Source: Pseudovirgaria hyperparasitica (lineage: Eukaryota). Taken from it: a DNA stretch of 64,000 nucleotides. The stretch lies in assembly GCA_010093815.1 (NCBI GenBank), contig ML996591.1; one strand, given 5' to 3'. Below the pieces are notes generated by a model. The model had not been told where the DNA came from. It saw nothing but the letters and a program-made list of their open reading frames with translations, and did not search any database. Below are positions 11,026 to 23,103 of this stretch, in pieces. Within the stretch, counting starts at the first letter, position 1. Each line of letters starts with the position of its first letter. The translations under genes were made by a program, and so were the position numbers.

Positions 11026-13345
11026 ATGAATGCTCTACAAGTGAGCTCTGATACCCGAGCAGACAGCTAACAGAGTATACATCAGCAGGCAGAAGGAGGC
11101 CTCAGGGCACCCTATATCGTCGACGACGACTCTGAGCCCTCGGAGCCAGCAGTGCTTCGAGACGGGCAGGACTACGAGGGGGGTCCTCTGACGGCAGCAA
11201 GTCTGTCGGCGACTCTCTTGTCAATGTCGGGGTACGGGAAGGGTCAAGAGGGAAACTTGGTGTATGGTGAGTATCCAGATGACTACTCCAAGGATGCAGC
11301 ACGTGTGCGTGGGAGAGTCTGACTGACCAGAGTGCCTGCCAGGATATGGCGCCACAAGATCGGAACCAGACCAGAGCTATGCTGTTTTCGCAACGCCTCA
11401 GTTTTCCTCGCCATATTCTGATGCACCTACACGCGCATCCCATGAGCCTTTGCTGGGCTCACAGTTTGAGCCGCGTGATGCTCCCTATCAGCAGCCGTAT
11501 TCCAATATCTTGAGCCCTCTGCCTCAACCGCGCCTGGAGATCACTTCCTTTTCGCCCTCCAAAGCTACTAATGGCCAGAAAATTTACATTCGCCTCAGAT
11601 CCAAATTCGACCTTACAGTACCAACTGTATACCGCTTCTCAGTCATGTACTACCAGAAGCGCTGCGAGGCAGCGCTGTCCAAACTCGACCAGAGTACACC
11701 ATACTTTAATTATGCTCTGGAAGCCGATATCCCACCATTCGATACAACGGGAAGTCTGGAGAGCCAAGTGCCGCTAGTGCTCCACATGGAGGATGAATAT
11801 GGGCAAAGTATCAGTGTTGTCGAAGTCGGGGACTTTACTTACGAGACTATGGATAATTATCCTGTCCACCAGACCAAGGGCAAGAGAAAGCGATCTGGTT
11901 CCGAAGATTCAACCCGATCTCCAGCAAAACGGATATCACAAGCGAATATACGTGGTGGCGGCAGGCTTAACACTTCCACATACTACCCAGCCGTAGGGCA
12001 GTTGCCAGCTTCACCTCCAACACCCAACCTCTCGACTGCACCAATATACTACGAACCATACCGACAGAGGATTTCCAGTTCATCGTATCCACAGATGCCT
12101 GAGCTCACTGCACCAGTCCCGCCTCAGACACGCATACCACATACAGGTTATAGTCCATACATGCCTATTTCACCGCCCGGTCGTGCCACTTCAATAGCCG
12201 GAACGCCTATCGGGAAACCAGTCCTCCCTTCGTCAAGTGATTCCACTGCGCCCACACTGGTACGGACGCCCACGGTGCAGCAGACGACGGCCACTCCGGG
12301 AACAAACTCTCACCCCTTCAATCCTTACCTGTACCCTTCCAAGGCTGTGTTGAAGATCGACGGCGATTTGGACAGGATGGCAGATGATTGGTCACGCGAA
12401 GAGAAAGAGGTGAGGCGGAGATTGGTACAGTTCCGTCGAAGGCAGACTGGAAGCACGATCACAGCAAATTTCAATGCTGTCACACCGGAAGAGCGAACTC
12501 CCCACAGCATATGCATCAGCTGCATATGGTGGGCAGAGAAGCAAGACTGGTTTGTGACGAGCGTCGACACGATCTTCTTACTAGAATCACTCGTGGCAGT
12601 TCGCTTTACGGTCGAGGAGAAAAACCGGATCCGACGTAACCTTGAGGGATTTCGGCCGCTCACCGTGTCGAAAGTGAAGGCTGATAGCGAGGACTTTTTC
12701 AAGATCATTATGGGATTCCCGAATCCGAAGCCCCGCAATATTGAGAAGGACGTCAAAGTATTTCCGTGGAAGATCCTAGCGCACGCGCTCAAGAAAATCA
12801 TTAGCAAATATGTGAGTAACTGTGTTAGAGTCATGGTCTCTCAAGTATCTAACCCAAGGAAACAGTCGGCAAGCTACTCATCCACGGCAGGGCCGATGCC
12901 GCCTTCGACCGTGAGCTACAACAGTGGCAGTATGTCAGAAGCAGGTACCGATACACGCTACACAATATCACCCAGGAACCGGTCGATATCAGGCGCCCCT
13001 ACGCAGTACCAGAACAGCAGCGTGACCTCTCCATCAGCTGGACCAGGGCGACTGTCAGCAGGACCCCAAGGCCAGAGAACGCCTTCAGTCTCGCAGGCAA
13101 GCTGGCATACGGCCCAGCACGCGCCGACGCCGTATACTGATAATCTCTCGTCATATGGGCGTGGAGCCAGCATCGATTACGCAGTCTTCTTGACGGAGCC
13201 TGGACTCCACGACCAATCAGCCCGTACACACCACACATCGCCGCATGGGGGTGTGGAGAAGGTGGGCAGGCAACGAGGCAACGTGGGGAGTCATATGGGT
13301 GACTACAAACTGCCAGGCTACGGTCATCGGACCAGCCAGGGCTAA
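11026..13345 (+). CDS. medA: Medusa (MedA/Ren1/Acr1) developmental transcriptional regulator
   Basis: Conserved MedA C-terminal domain (KAVLKIDGDLDRMADDWS..RRLVQFRR..CISCIWW..VTSVDTIFLLESLV..FTVEEKNRIRRNLEGFRPLTVSK..FPNPKPRNIEKDVKVFPW). Introns at 11041-11085, 11267-11330 and 12812-12865 keep the frame. The start codon is uncertain (11026, or the MSGYGK ATG at 11224). Confidence 0.88.
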
Positions 13346-13385
13346 CAACAAACACTGTGGTGGAAAAGATAGCTGAACATAGCGG

Positions 13386-13520
13386 GAGAGGGAGGGAGAG
13401 AGAGAGGGTGTGTGTGTATGTGCGTGTGTATATGTGTGTGGATGGAAGGTAAACAAGGTTCGGTGGTGGTTGTGATGATTGTGATGATTGTGATGGGGGC
13501 GTCCATCCATCCATTCATCC
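13386..13520. repeat. Microsatellite cluster (GA)n/(GT)n/(GTGATGATT)n/(TCCA)n in the medA 3' UTR
   Basis: Short tandem runs are visible directly after the medA stop. Confidence 0.7.
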
Positions 13521-16500
13521 ACATTCGTCCCAGCTGATCTGATCATGCGACGGACGCGACACCCTTTGCCTGATACGGTTAGCGCACTTCTCAGCCTTGG
13601 CTCATCCACCTCCACCACCCACACAGCCAACACTACTTTACCATTCTCGGCCTCGACATCTGCACGTCTTCACATCGCATCCCTCTCTTTTTCTCTTTCG
13701 GTTTCTACTTCTATTTCTCTATCTCGTTCTCGTTCTCGGTCTATCTCTCTTTCTTTTCCTTTCTCACTCTATGACAAACAGCTGTACCGCAGCTCCTGTA
13801 GTACATGTTGGCAATCCAGCTAGCATTGTTTGCTCGCATCCATGTATCTCCTTAATAGTCACGATTGCTATCTCGCACATGTTTATATGGTTGTATGGTT
13901 CTACAGCGTCGCCGTCTCCTTTGCATGCTGCAGGATGCAGCTAGGCGTACTAATAGGGGGAAAGCATTTATTCGGCGTGCATGGTCTCCTTGTCTTTCTT
14001 TGGGTCCGCAAGGAGTTATCTGAGGATTTGCAACACTTAATGTCTCCTTGACGACATGTTTGTACTATTCTCGTTTGGCTGATAGACTGCGCGTAGATAC
14101 CTTGCATTGGGTCCGGCGCCATGGAATATGTAAGGGGAGCCGTATTATCACGGATATACATGCATTGGGTATGGGGTCATGTAACTGGGCCAGACAGACT
14201 GGCATGCAGTATTTCACAGCTATTTCACTCACGTTTGTTTCGTAGTCTGTCGTATTTACCTGTTTAGAAGTTCCGAGAACGATACCCCAGCATGCTCTAA
14301 TTCAGATGCTACTATTAGTTGTTCCAATGAAGCTGGTTTGACAGTTCTGCACACGCATACATACTTGTACGACTTTCCTGTTCCTGGATGGTGAAACGTT
14401 GCTGCGCCTGGTATAGTCATGCTCTTGTACCAGGTGTTCGATCCTGTACGGGCGGGATAAGGATGGATCCTGTGAGATGTGGTAGACTTGCAGCCACTAA
14501 GGCGTGTAATATGGAGCCGGGCTGGACACTGGCGTTATGTATCTCAATCCTGCTTTATTGATCCTTTGAGGAGCGAACGGGGCATTGCAGTGGCACCTGG
14601 TCATTTGATTTGTAAACCGTCAGGGCACTCACTCTAGGCGTCCGGTCTCGTCCGACGCAGCCTCGTTCGCGATGACAATGTTGGGTCTGCACGCTGACCA
14701 TGGATCTTATCTACACGTGCCTAGCGAGCCCTAGTAGCCATCTCTCACTCTCACCACACAAACGACATGAATCCGTTCATGGCGGTGCTGCGAATGGAAA
14801 TGTCCAGTCGCAATTGTTCCAACCGCACACAGTACACACATCTCCCACACCATGCATGCTTTGAAGCGTCCATCGCTCGCCTACGCCTGACCTGTCGTTT
14901 AAGCATCGAATTGCATCGCAACCACGCCGCGCACCTGGAACGCGGGACTAAAGGTTACTTCTGGCTGACTGTTAGTGTTGGGCGTAAGTTCGCCCATTGA
15001 CGGTGTCCTGTTTACTATGCAGGGTCCCTCCACCCATTCCCCCGCGCGATGCAAGAGGTACATACCCAACGCAGAAGATCGGTACAGTAATAGAGAAGCT
15101 GTGTGTCAACTCTCCAGACGCAAGATTAGACCGTATGCCTAATTGATCCGACGATCGAGGACGTAAACCTCGTCTTCGGGATCCGGCCGCACCACAGGGA
15201 AGAAGAGGGCAGAGGAGGGCGCGCTCGAGAACAGTAAGAGGAACTAGAGAGAGACGATTGACGTTGGAGTACGGCGCACGAGCAAATGGCACGCGTAAGC
15301 GACGGAGCGTGATGTTGTGATATTCCAGAATAGCAATAAAGATGTGGGCCGGCGGCAGCGGTCCGACCACTGCACTTATGATTGGTCACTCTCTTCACAA
15401 CGGCCCCTCCCTGGACCCACTTCAGCCATAGATCCTTCATGGCCCCCCTTCCTGCACATACACACACACATACCCCCCCTCATGCCAACCCCCTACCGCC
15501 TAACATTCTCTTCCCTCTCTCTCGAGAGAGAAAGAGAGTCTCCCCCACGCCTCCATCCCATGCCAGGGTGCCTCAGATCCTTCAAACACGCTGTCAGCAT
15601 TCTGGGACAGATGGAGCGAGGTCACCCAACGTTTGACGGGTTTTGACAAAAGAAGTCGGCTGGATCGGCGCCTCTGTCGGGACTGTATCAAATGATCGAA
15701 AGGAGTCTGTCTTGCGGGAGTAGAATCACTGATACCACTCAGGAATGGAGATATTGCCACAATTGGTGCTCGTTGCGGCCGTGGTGATTCACTGTTTACA
15801 TTACTATGATACCGAAGTCTTCCAGAATCAAATCCTACACAGGATCTAATCCATCTGGTCGCTTGCGCCTCGTTTAGCCAAGTCATCATGCTCGTTGCTC
15901 ATGACTGCTACTCCCTGTACTCCGTCAACCCTACGAGGGCGGCCAAGACATCGATATTGATGACTCATAGAACAACCAGCTTACGTTGCGTGCCTGGGCA
16001 GCCAATCGCCCATACGCAAGACTCGTAGTAGTGATGACAATCTCTTTCAGCCAGGGCAGACCTCCCATCTAGATTCGAATGCCTCAATATCATCCACTGA
16101 AAGAGGCAAATCTGATCGTCTAGGCCATAGAACTAGAGAGGCGTCATCGACAATCGCAATCATAAACCTCAGCGGGTCTCAATCTCCCAGTCTTCAGCAA
16201 TACCGCATGCGCGGGTCAGGCATACACGTCCATACTACTTCTTCTTCATGCATTCCCGGAAATTTTTCACGTTCGGCTCGGACAGTCGCGAGCCGCAGCC
16301 TCGAGCCAGCCAGCCCATAGATACCTCCCCTCCCTCCCCCTTGCTTGCCTTCCCATCCCTCTTCTCCCTTCATACTAATTAACCGCCCGCCTGTCCGCGC
16401 CGCAACGACAAGACAAGCCTCTCGGGCCCGTGAAGAATTCTCAATCCCCCAGACTTCTGGAGCCAGAACGTGCTTGCTGGAGAAGTGGGGACTCAACGAG

Positions 16501-18050
16501 GTTATGACGCCGCAAGCACGCATGCAACCCTCTGTCACGAGCATACACAACACACACGCCCACAAACGCCCACATCCAGCCTGCAAGCTAGATCTAAGGC
16601 AAACAAAAAAACCCGCCAATCTCGCTCTTTCATATCGCCCTGTTGGGCGACTGGAGCAGCCTGTGCGTAGCATGCAATCCTCCCCGTCCCACAGCCCGTT
16701 GCGAACGGCATTCGGACGCAGCATAATAATTTGACAATTCTTCGGCTTTGGCGACTTCTGATAGGTTGTAATGGAGGTGATTATGCAGAGCCTCGACTGC
16801 CACCTATCTGCCGAATGGATGGGTACCGGACCCACCTTTTTTTGTCAACGGGCCTCAGGCATCTATTGGCATACATTTATTCCACTCTCGGATCATTCCA
16901 TTGTTATGAAACACTCGCCAAGCGCCGAAGACTGCCGCGCGTATGTTCATGTATGCGATCGAGGACGCTCACCCCACCTCCGCTGCGAAAAATAAGGCAT
17001 TGCTAGCGACCTGTAATAATGTCAACGAGTCTTGGATGTGAGACCCCCCCTCCTCCCTCCCTTCGAGGCATGGACTATACAGGTTTCCAGAGTCAGCAGC
17101 CTCGCCGTCCAAGTCGCTGGCCGCAAGGCTGACACAGATTTACACTTCGCCGATCTATCAGATAGCGCTCGCTGCCTTGCCAGCGATTCGGGCTATTACC
17201 GCTGAAGGGCTCATCTCATGCAAGCTGCAGTGTGCTCGGCGTCCAACTGACAACTGGTCCCCCCCCCCAGATAGGCGCAATCATCACATAGACGCTGTGT
17301 CTAGAAGGATGTACATGCCCGGAATTGGTAGATGCATCATATCTCACATCCTGAAAGTGGTCCAAGGACCACTCAACATTCCAGACTATTCGCCTCCGCC
17401 ACATCTCTTTGCGGAAGACCGCTAGACGCATTTATCCAGTGCTTGCGGGTGATGCTGTGTTTCACCACTGCGAGAGCGTGCCTACGGTAAGACAGCTATG
17501 AAGCAAGGGAGTTTCTGGGCATGAAATATCACTGCGAGAGCGAATACTTGCTTCCAGAACGTTTCGAGGCGGGCTGTGCAGATCTGGTTGACGATTTGCC
17601 ACCACTTCCGGAAACGTTTCTGGTGGAATAAGACAGTCCATGTCGATGTCCATTCCATATCAGGGATGCTTGTTTGCGGCGTTGGATATGTTTTTTTTTT
17701 TGTTTTCGAAACAGCCGATCGAGGGGCGAGAGTGCGAATGCGACCGAGGCCGGACAATCTCTCGCGTGGTTTCCACGTCTGTAATTATGCCTCTTTGCAG
17801 GGCAGGCAAGTAGGAGGTAATAGAGGACCCGATGTGACGGCATACAGTAAAGTACAAGGCATGAAAGCCCGGCGATCTCGAGATCTTTGATGCCGGGTCT
17901 GAAAGCATAGCCTGATTCAGCATGCTACGTTCTTTGTAGCTTGATCCCAGCAAAACAATCCATCCGGGTCCGGGTCCGGGACATACCAGGCTGTTCAGCT
18001 CCGGCTCTAGGCAATGTTTACTACACCCTTGTCCCTGGCACGTGCAGCAA

Positions 18051-18080
18051 GCAAAGCAAAGCAAAGCAAAGCAAAGCAAA
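18051..18080. repeat. (GCAAA)6 microsatellite
   Basis: Six exact GCAAA units. Confidence 0.95.
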
Positions 18081-19458
18081 CACTGCCGACGACCCGGCTA
18101 CGTATTGATTGCAAATATAGAAATTGAAACCGGCATGTGTATTCGTATTAGTGAACAACATAATTTGATAGAGGTGGGTCATGTGCGCTGTCAATGTCGC
18201 GTCGATTGTGGTTAAAACAGGCAGAATAATTTGCGAGGGCCGACTTCGTTACCCCCTTGCTTGTTGTTGTCATGCTACGTTGTGATGGTATGTGAAGGTC
18301 TCTTGCAAGTCATGGAATGTGGACTGTTTACAGAGATCTTGTAATCGCCTTCTAGATAAAGCCGTGTCTGTGTGAGGAGGCATTGTTGTTGTTACTGCTG
18401 CTGCATATCGCGATAGAGGACCGTTTCATACGACCTTGTTCAACCCGTAGGATGTTTCTATACTTCTTCCTATCTCATTCTCGTATCATGCTCAGGTCCA
18501 ATGTACAACGTGCGGACCTTACATTACCGAATTGCATTTTCTTGTTTCAGCGATTGTGCCTTTGAATGTCAGCATTTCTTCTTTACCAGGTCTATCTGGG
18601 CTCAAGTCAAATTGTACATTCAGGGGATAGAGGGCCTTGACGGTAGGCCGTACCACCGCACTCCCCATATCCCGCACATGTTCTCTGCCAGGCGACCTTG
18701 ATTCTCCCAAGTAGGCAGCCAAAATGTTGCGAATGTGTTCATGCTATTCCTGGTAGTCGCCAGCTCCTTCTGTTAGATTACCTACTCCATCAACTAAGCG
18801 TCGTTCCTGGCTTGCTATTCCGAAAACGCTGTGCTTCTTTGTGTTATCCCGATGCTGCGCCCCTAAACTCTTTCATCTTGCCCTTATCTTCAAGCTCTAC
18901 CTTTTTTTGCGTTGTGGGACAATGGTCATGGCGTGCTTTCTTGTCGGATCGGTTCGAAGCTGATCTCTGGGAGAAAACAGGTCCTTCTTTGATTGTTCAT
19001 TCCATGTCCTATTCAGATAAGCTCTCTTGTGGCGAAATAGAGGTCCTAATTCATCTTAGGAAGACCAGACCTTAGTCTTTTAAGTGCTAGAGTATAACAA
19101 AGAGCGTTGTAAATTCTTGGCCAGGGTGTCTCGGGATGCGTTGTACAACAGGACGAAGGGGCCTGTGGCCAGAATGAAGGACGGCTTTGCTTTGCCGCGC
19201 AGTCTCGAATCTTACCTTATGGTATCTTTCTTCATTCACACCACCGGACTCGGTCTATCCAGCATAGATCAACATGGTCCAACTAAAGTGTGAATCATTC
19301 AATTGGTCGGTAGAGCGGACTATTCAGAGCCTACTTATCATAGTGTCAAACTATGCTACTCATGCCTTCAGAGCCTACTTGTCATGGCATCAAACCCTGC
19401 TATTCATGCCTTCGGTTTCCATCATCTATACCGCATAATTCAATACTCTCATGCATCT

Positions 19459-20309
19459 TTATCCAATAATGATTCGTTTTTCCTTCATGACCTTTCTCCT
19501 TTCGCCTGGATGGGCACCTTTTACTGTCCGAATGAAGGTCTCTTCGATCCGTCGTCGCGGCTCTTGCGTGGATCTTGCATCGTTGGTAGTTGGACCATGC
19601 TTTCTGGCACGAAAGGCAGAACATTGGTCGAATTCTTCGCTTTGGGCTCGGGTGGCAAAAGACGACCAGGCCGCGAGGACTTCTGAATGGTCGGTAGAGA
19701 TACCACTGGTTTTGCGTGGCTGGATCTCTCTTGGTGTGATAGCTGACGAGTCTGGCTGTAGTGATGTACTGGAGTGCTTAGCAGGTGAAAAACTAACGCT
19801 CATCATGAATCGAGGCAAGAAAATAGTGCAACCTACCTTTTCACCGCGCGTACTTCCATATTGACTGGTTCCGGACCAGAGTTTGTAAGCATAGCTCCTC
19901 CACTCTGCGTATCGGTGGACACCGACTGAGTCTCGAGCCATTGTTCGAGGGTTTCTTCGTCGTCATCTGGAGGGGTGGGTCCTTGAAAGCCCCTTTGCTG
20001 CTTGCTCATATCCTTTGATGATGAGTCTGCACCTGGCTGTTCGAACGACGAGCGGAACTGCTTGTTCATGGCATATGGTTCAGCATTCTGGCCGACCACA
20101 CCGGTAAGAGGCGCCACGAATAGCCCATTAATAGAGCTCGCAGAGCTTGAGCGTGGAAGCTGGGCACGGTGGAATGGCTGCACATGCTGATCTTCAGGTG
20201 GAACCGGAACACCACCGCTGCTTGAGTCGGAGTCGGAGTACTGCGGCGACGGAAACGATGCCAGCTCAGGGCTACCGTCAGGCTGATGAGAGACTTGGGA
20301 ATCTGACAT
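19459..20309 (-). CDS. Hypothetical low-complexity protein
   Basis: ORF 19833-20309 (MSDSQVSHQP...) joins the frame ending ...IEETFIRTVKGAHPGERRKVMKEKRIIIG* through a GTAGGT..GCTAAG..CAG intron at 19769-19836. Confidence 0.55.
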
Positions 20310-21743
20310 CTCTGTGGCTTAAAGGCGTGTTTGGGTCGCTACGTGACTGACGACGAAGATCTGAACAAGTTTGAGCCTAAGGGAAGGTACAAGTCATCGG
20401 GCAGGAGCTTTCGATGCCTATTCTTAAGATTTATCGCCGTAAATACGTAGTTCACTTGGAATGCTATCTGAAATTACGACTACACTCGGGCTGTCACCGA
20501 GTTGCTCATTGTACGCTAAATTTCTACAATCTTGTTCACTCTGTGAGGCGAATTTTCATTTGTCGAATAGGCCCGCGTAGATATTTACCTCTCGTGCTAA
20601 CAGTGGCTTTTCGAATGAAGTGAAACCTACGGTCACTATCGATAGCGCTTGTTGATTCATGGATCTGGGTTCAAGTTACGATGTTGCCCCCGGCTAAGAT
20701 GTTACAGTTACGCTTTGCATACACAAATGACCGGGTGTGCACCCCTGAGGACAATTTTATAGTGTTTGGATACCGTACAGGTTTCGTATAGACCATGGAT
20801 GCTTTTAGTTATGCTTACATGTTCGCAGAGTTCCCGTTGATTTATTTAGCTATCACTGTCTCTTGCGCACAGCTTGTTGATCTAATATAGCTCTTCCAAC
20901 TCGTCATGTCCACATATTCTACTGAAAGAGACCAAAGTATACCATCATTCTCTCAAACGGTATATCTAATTATATCCTTTTCTCGACAGCTCGGACATCC
21001 TCGACCTAAGAGGTTCCCAATCTCTCTTGTTTCTGCCCTTTGTCCAGCAACAGTGCACAGTGTTTTGCGCATGGGTCTCTACTGACTGGAGAATGTATCT
21101 GACACAAGTCTCCTTTTTCGACTCCAACACTATTAAAATGAATGACGGTGCCTTGACTCTCTGCGGCAGAGAGACTGAGGCGTCCTTTGAGCCAGAGATT
21201 ACTAGTAAGCCACGCTACAGCTCATCTACACAATATCGACTTGGCCTAATATGAAACGAAAACGGTTGCTGTCGTCTAACAGAATTCCATTGCTCGGTTC
21301 TTACGCTACGACCGCGATTTCATAGACGGTCTGAACGACGGAACTTATCCACGCGGTACCCCTTCCCGTATTATCGCCAATAGCAGCTAGGAGGAACCGC
21401 ATGTGCCTTGGCAATGGAACAATGATGTATATCATGCGTAGTTACAGGGTTCATCACAGACCAACTGTTGCGTGGTTAGACTTGATGATAGGATACAAAG
21501 GTCTATGACGCTATATAATATGTTGAATTGGGTCTGGCCGAACAGTACGGAGATCATACCTCTAGACTGCAATTAGAGGACATTTTCCCAGGGGTATACA
21601 AGAGGTTAATGTTCATATCTACAGAGTGAAGATATTGCCAGACTCAGGTGTCATGAGTGAATCTGAGACGGCTCTGAATTACGCTTATAAATAAAGGAAC
21701 TCAACGCATCTCCTAAGCAGGGATATAAAGCGAGATCTCATAT

Positions 21744-22766
21744 TCATCCAGGCTGTCTCATGGGCTTTGCATTGCACGCCCACAATTTACCCCATATTGC
21801 ATTTTGTTTAATCCAATCCTGACAGAGCTCAATAGGACTTTCATCACCATAAAAGGCGGTCCCAACGTCGACACTCATCACGTCGACAAGGTTTTTAGGA
21901 TCCTGCTGCTTCCAAACAGGCTTGAACATGTATGTATGGTCTCTCTCAACATTAACGAAGATGAGTTTTATGGGCCGGTGGGTTCGTGTCAACCAGGCCA
22001 ACTTTGGGTTGCATGAGCCGAGAGAATCAGCTCTGGTAAGAATGACCGTGTCAAGATGCTCCAGACCTGCAAGGCTATCCCAGAATTGTGTGCTTTCAGT
22101 GTCAACATTGTATAGAGCCAGCTTCCTGAGAGCCGACCATGTGCTCCAGATTGGAGGTTCAGACAACGAAGTGTTTAGATCTAGATAGAGTTCGTCTCTG
22201 ACACAGACGAATTCCTCGAGGCTGGAAAGTTGAGCAAACGCATCGTGGAGCACATTGCGGACGCCAAGGTGATCGTCTTCCGGATAAAGTGCCCGGAAGG
22301 GAACGTCTACTACGAGTCTTCGGAGACTGCCGCAACAATGGCACAAGAGCTCTCTAACCCATATCGCGGTTGGGAGGTCGTCGAGATTGAAGTCATCAAA
22401 GGGAGCAAGATATGTTGAAGTAATATTGGAAAGTATGTCTGATCTGGGATTGGGCATTGATTGCAACGAGTTTGAGCGGTGGCGTTCCACAGTTAGTAGT
22501 AGTCGGCGTAGCCGGTCGTTCGAGTCTAGAAAGAGGCAACGGGTGAATAGATACCGGATCGCTGGAGAACATGTCAACTTGGAGGTCGTCGATAACGACA
22601 GAAGTGTTCTCGTGATGGCTGATCCGGGACTCCAAGCTATCCTTTGTTCTCCGGGCTGAGAAACCAAGCAATCGATGATCTGGAGTATCAACTCGGGCGG
22701 TAACCGCGGCGTTTGTTTATGTTGTCTGTAAGTTGCTGAACTGTCCGTTGAACGCAGAGTGGACAT
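21744..22766 (-). CDS. F-box-like domain protein (fungal hypothetical)
   Basis: Intronless 340-aa ORF. The N-terminal RLPPELILQIIDCL is F-box-like and is followed by LRR-like segments (LRRLVVD, LEEFVC, LRKLALYN). Confidence 0.7.
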   Translation of the reverse strand: MSTLRSTDSSATYRQHKQTPRLPPELILQIIDCLVSQPGEQRIAWSPGSAITRTLLSLSTTSKLTCSPAIRYLFTRCLFLDSNDRLRRLLLTVERHRSNSLQSMPNPRSDILSNITSTYLAPFDDFNLDDLPTAIWVRELLCHCCGSLRRLVVDVPFRALYPEDDHLGVRNVLHDAFAQLSSLEEFVCVRDELYLDLNTSLSEPPIWSTWSALRKLALYNVDTESTQFWDSLAGLEHLDTVILTRADSLGSCNPKLAWLTRTHRPIKLIFVNVERDHTYMFKPVWKQQDPKNLVDVMSVDVGTAFYGDESPIELCQDWIKQNAIWGKLWACNAKPMRQPG

Positions 22767-23103
22767 TTTCTGCTCGCCGAGATTCACCTTGGATTGTGGG
22801 TAAGCACGGTGATACTATAGAAACAGCCGGAGCAGGGCAGGTATCCGACGGATCCATTGCATCAATCTAGTAGCTTTTTACATAAGCTACCCCACCCGCT
22901 ACCTCCTGAAGGTTACGTAGTTACATTTGAATTCATGGGTAGGGTGTGCAGCGCTACCAGCTATGAGCCGTATCTAGGAAATTCGAATGCAATTGAGTCT
23001 TTGATCTACAGATGTTTTGGCCGATCTCGCGATGCCGCATAATATGAAAACAGAGCGTTCCTACTTATCCTTACAGGCAAAGATGACAAAACAGCATGAT
23101 ACC

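Noticed and set aside
15500..19400. Numerous 60-213 aa ORFs
   Set aside because: They show no domains or consistent exon chains, and several run through microsatellites.
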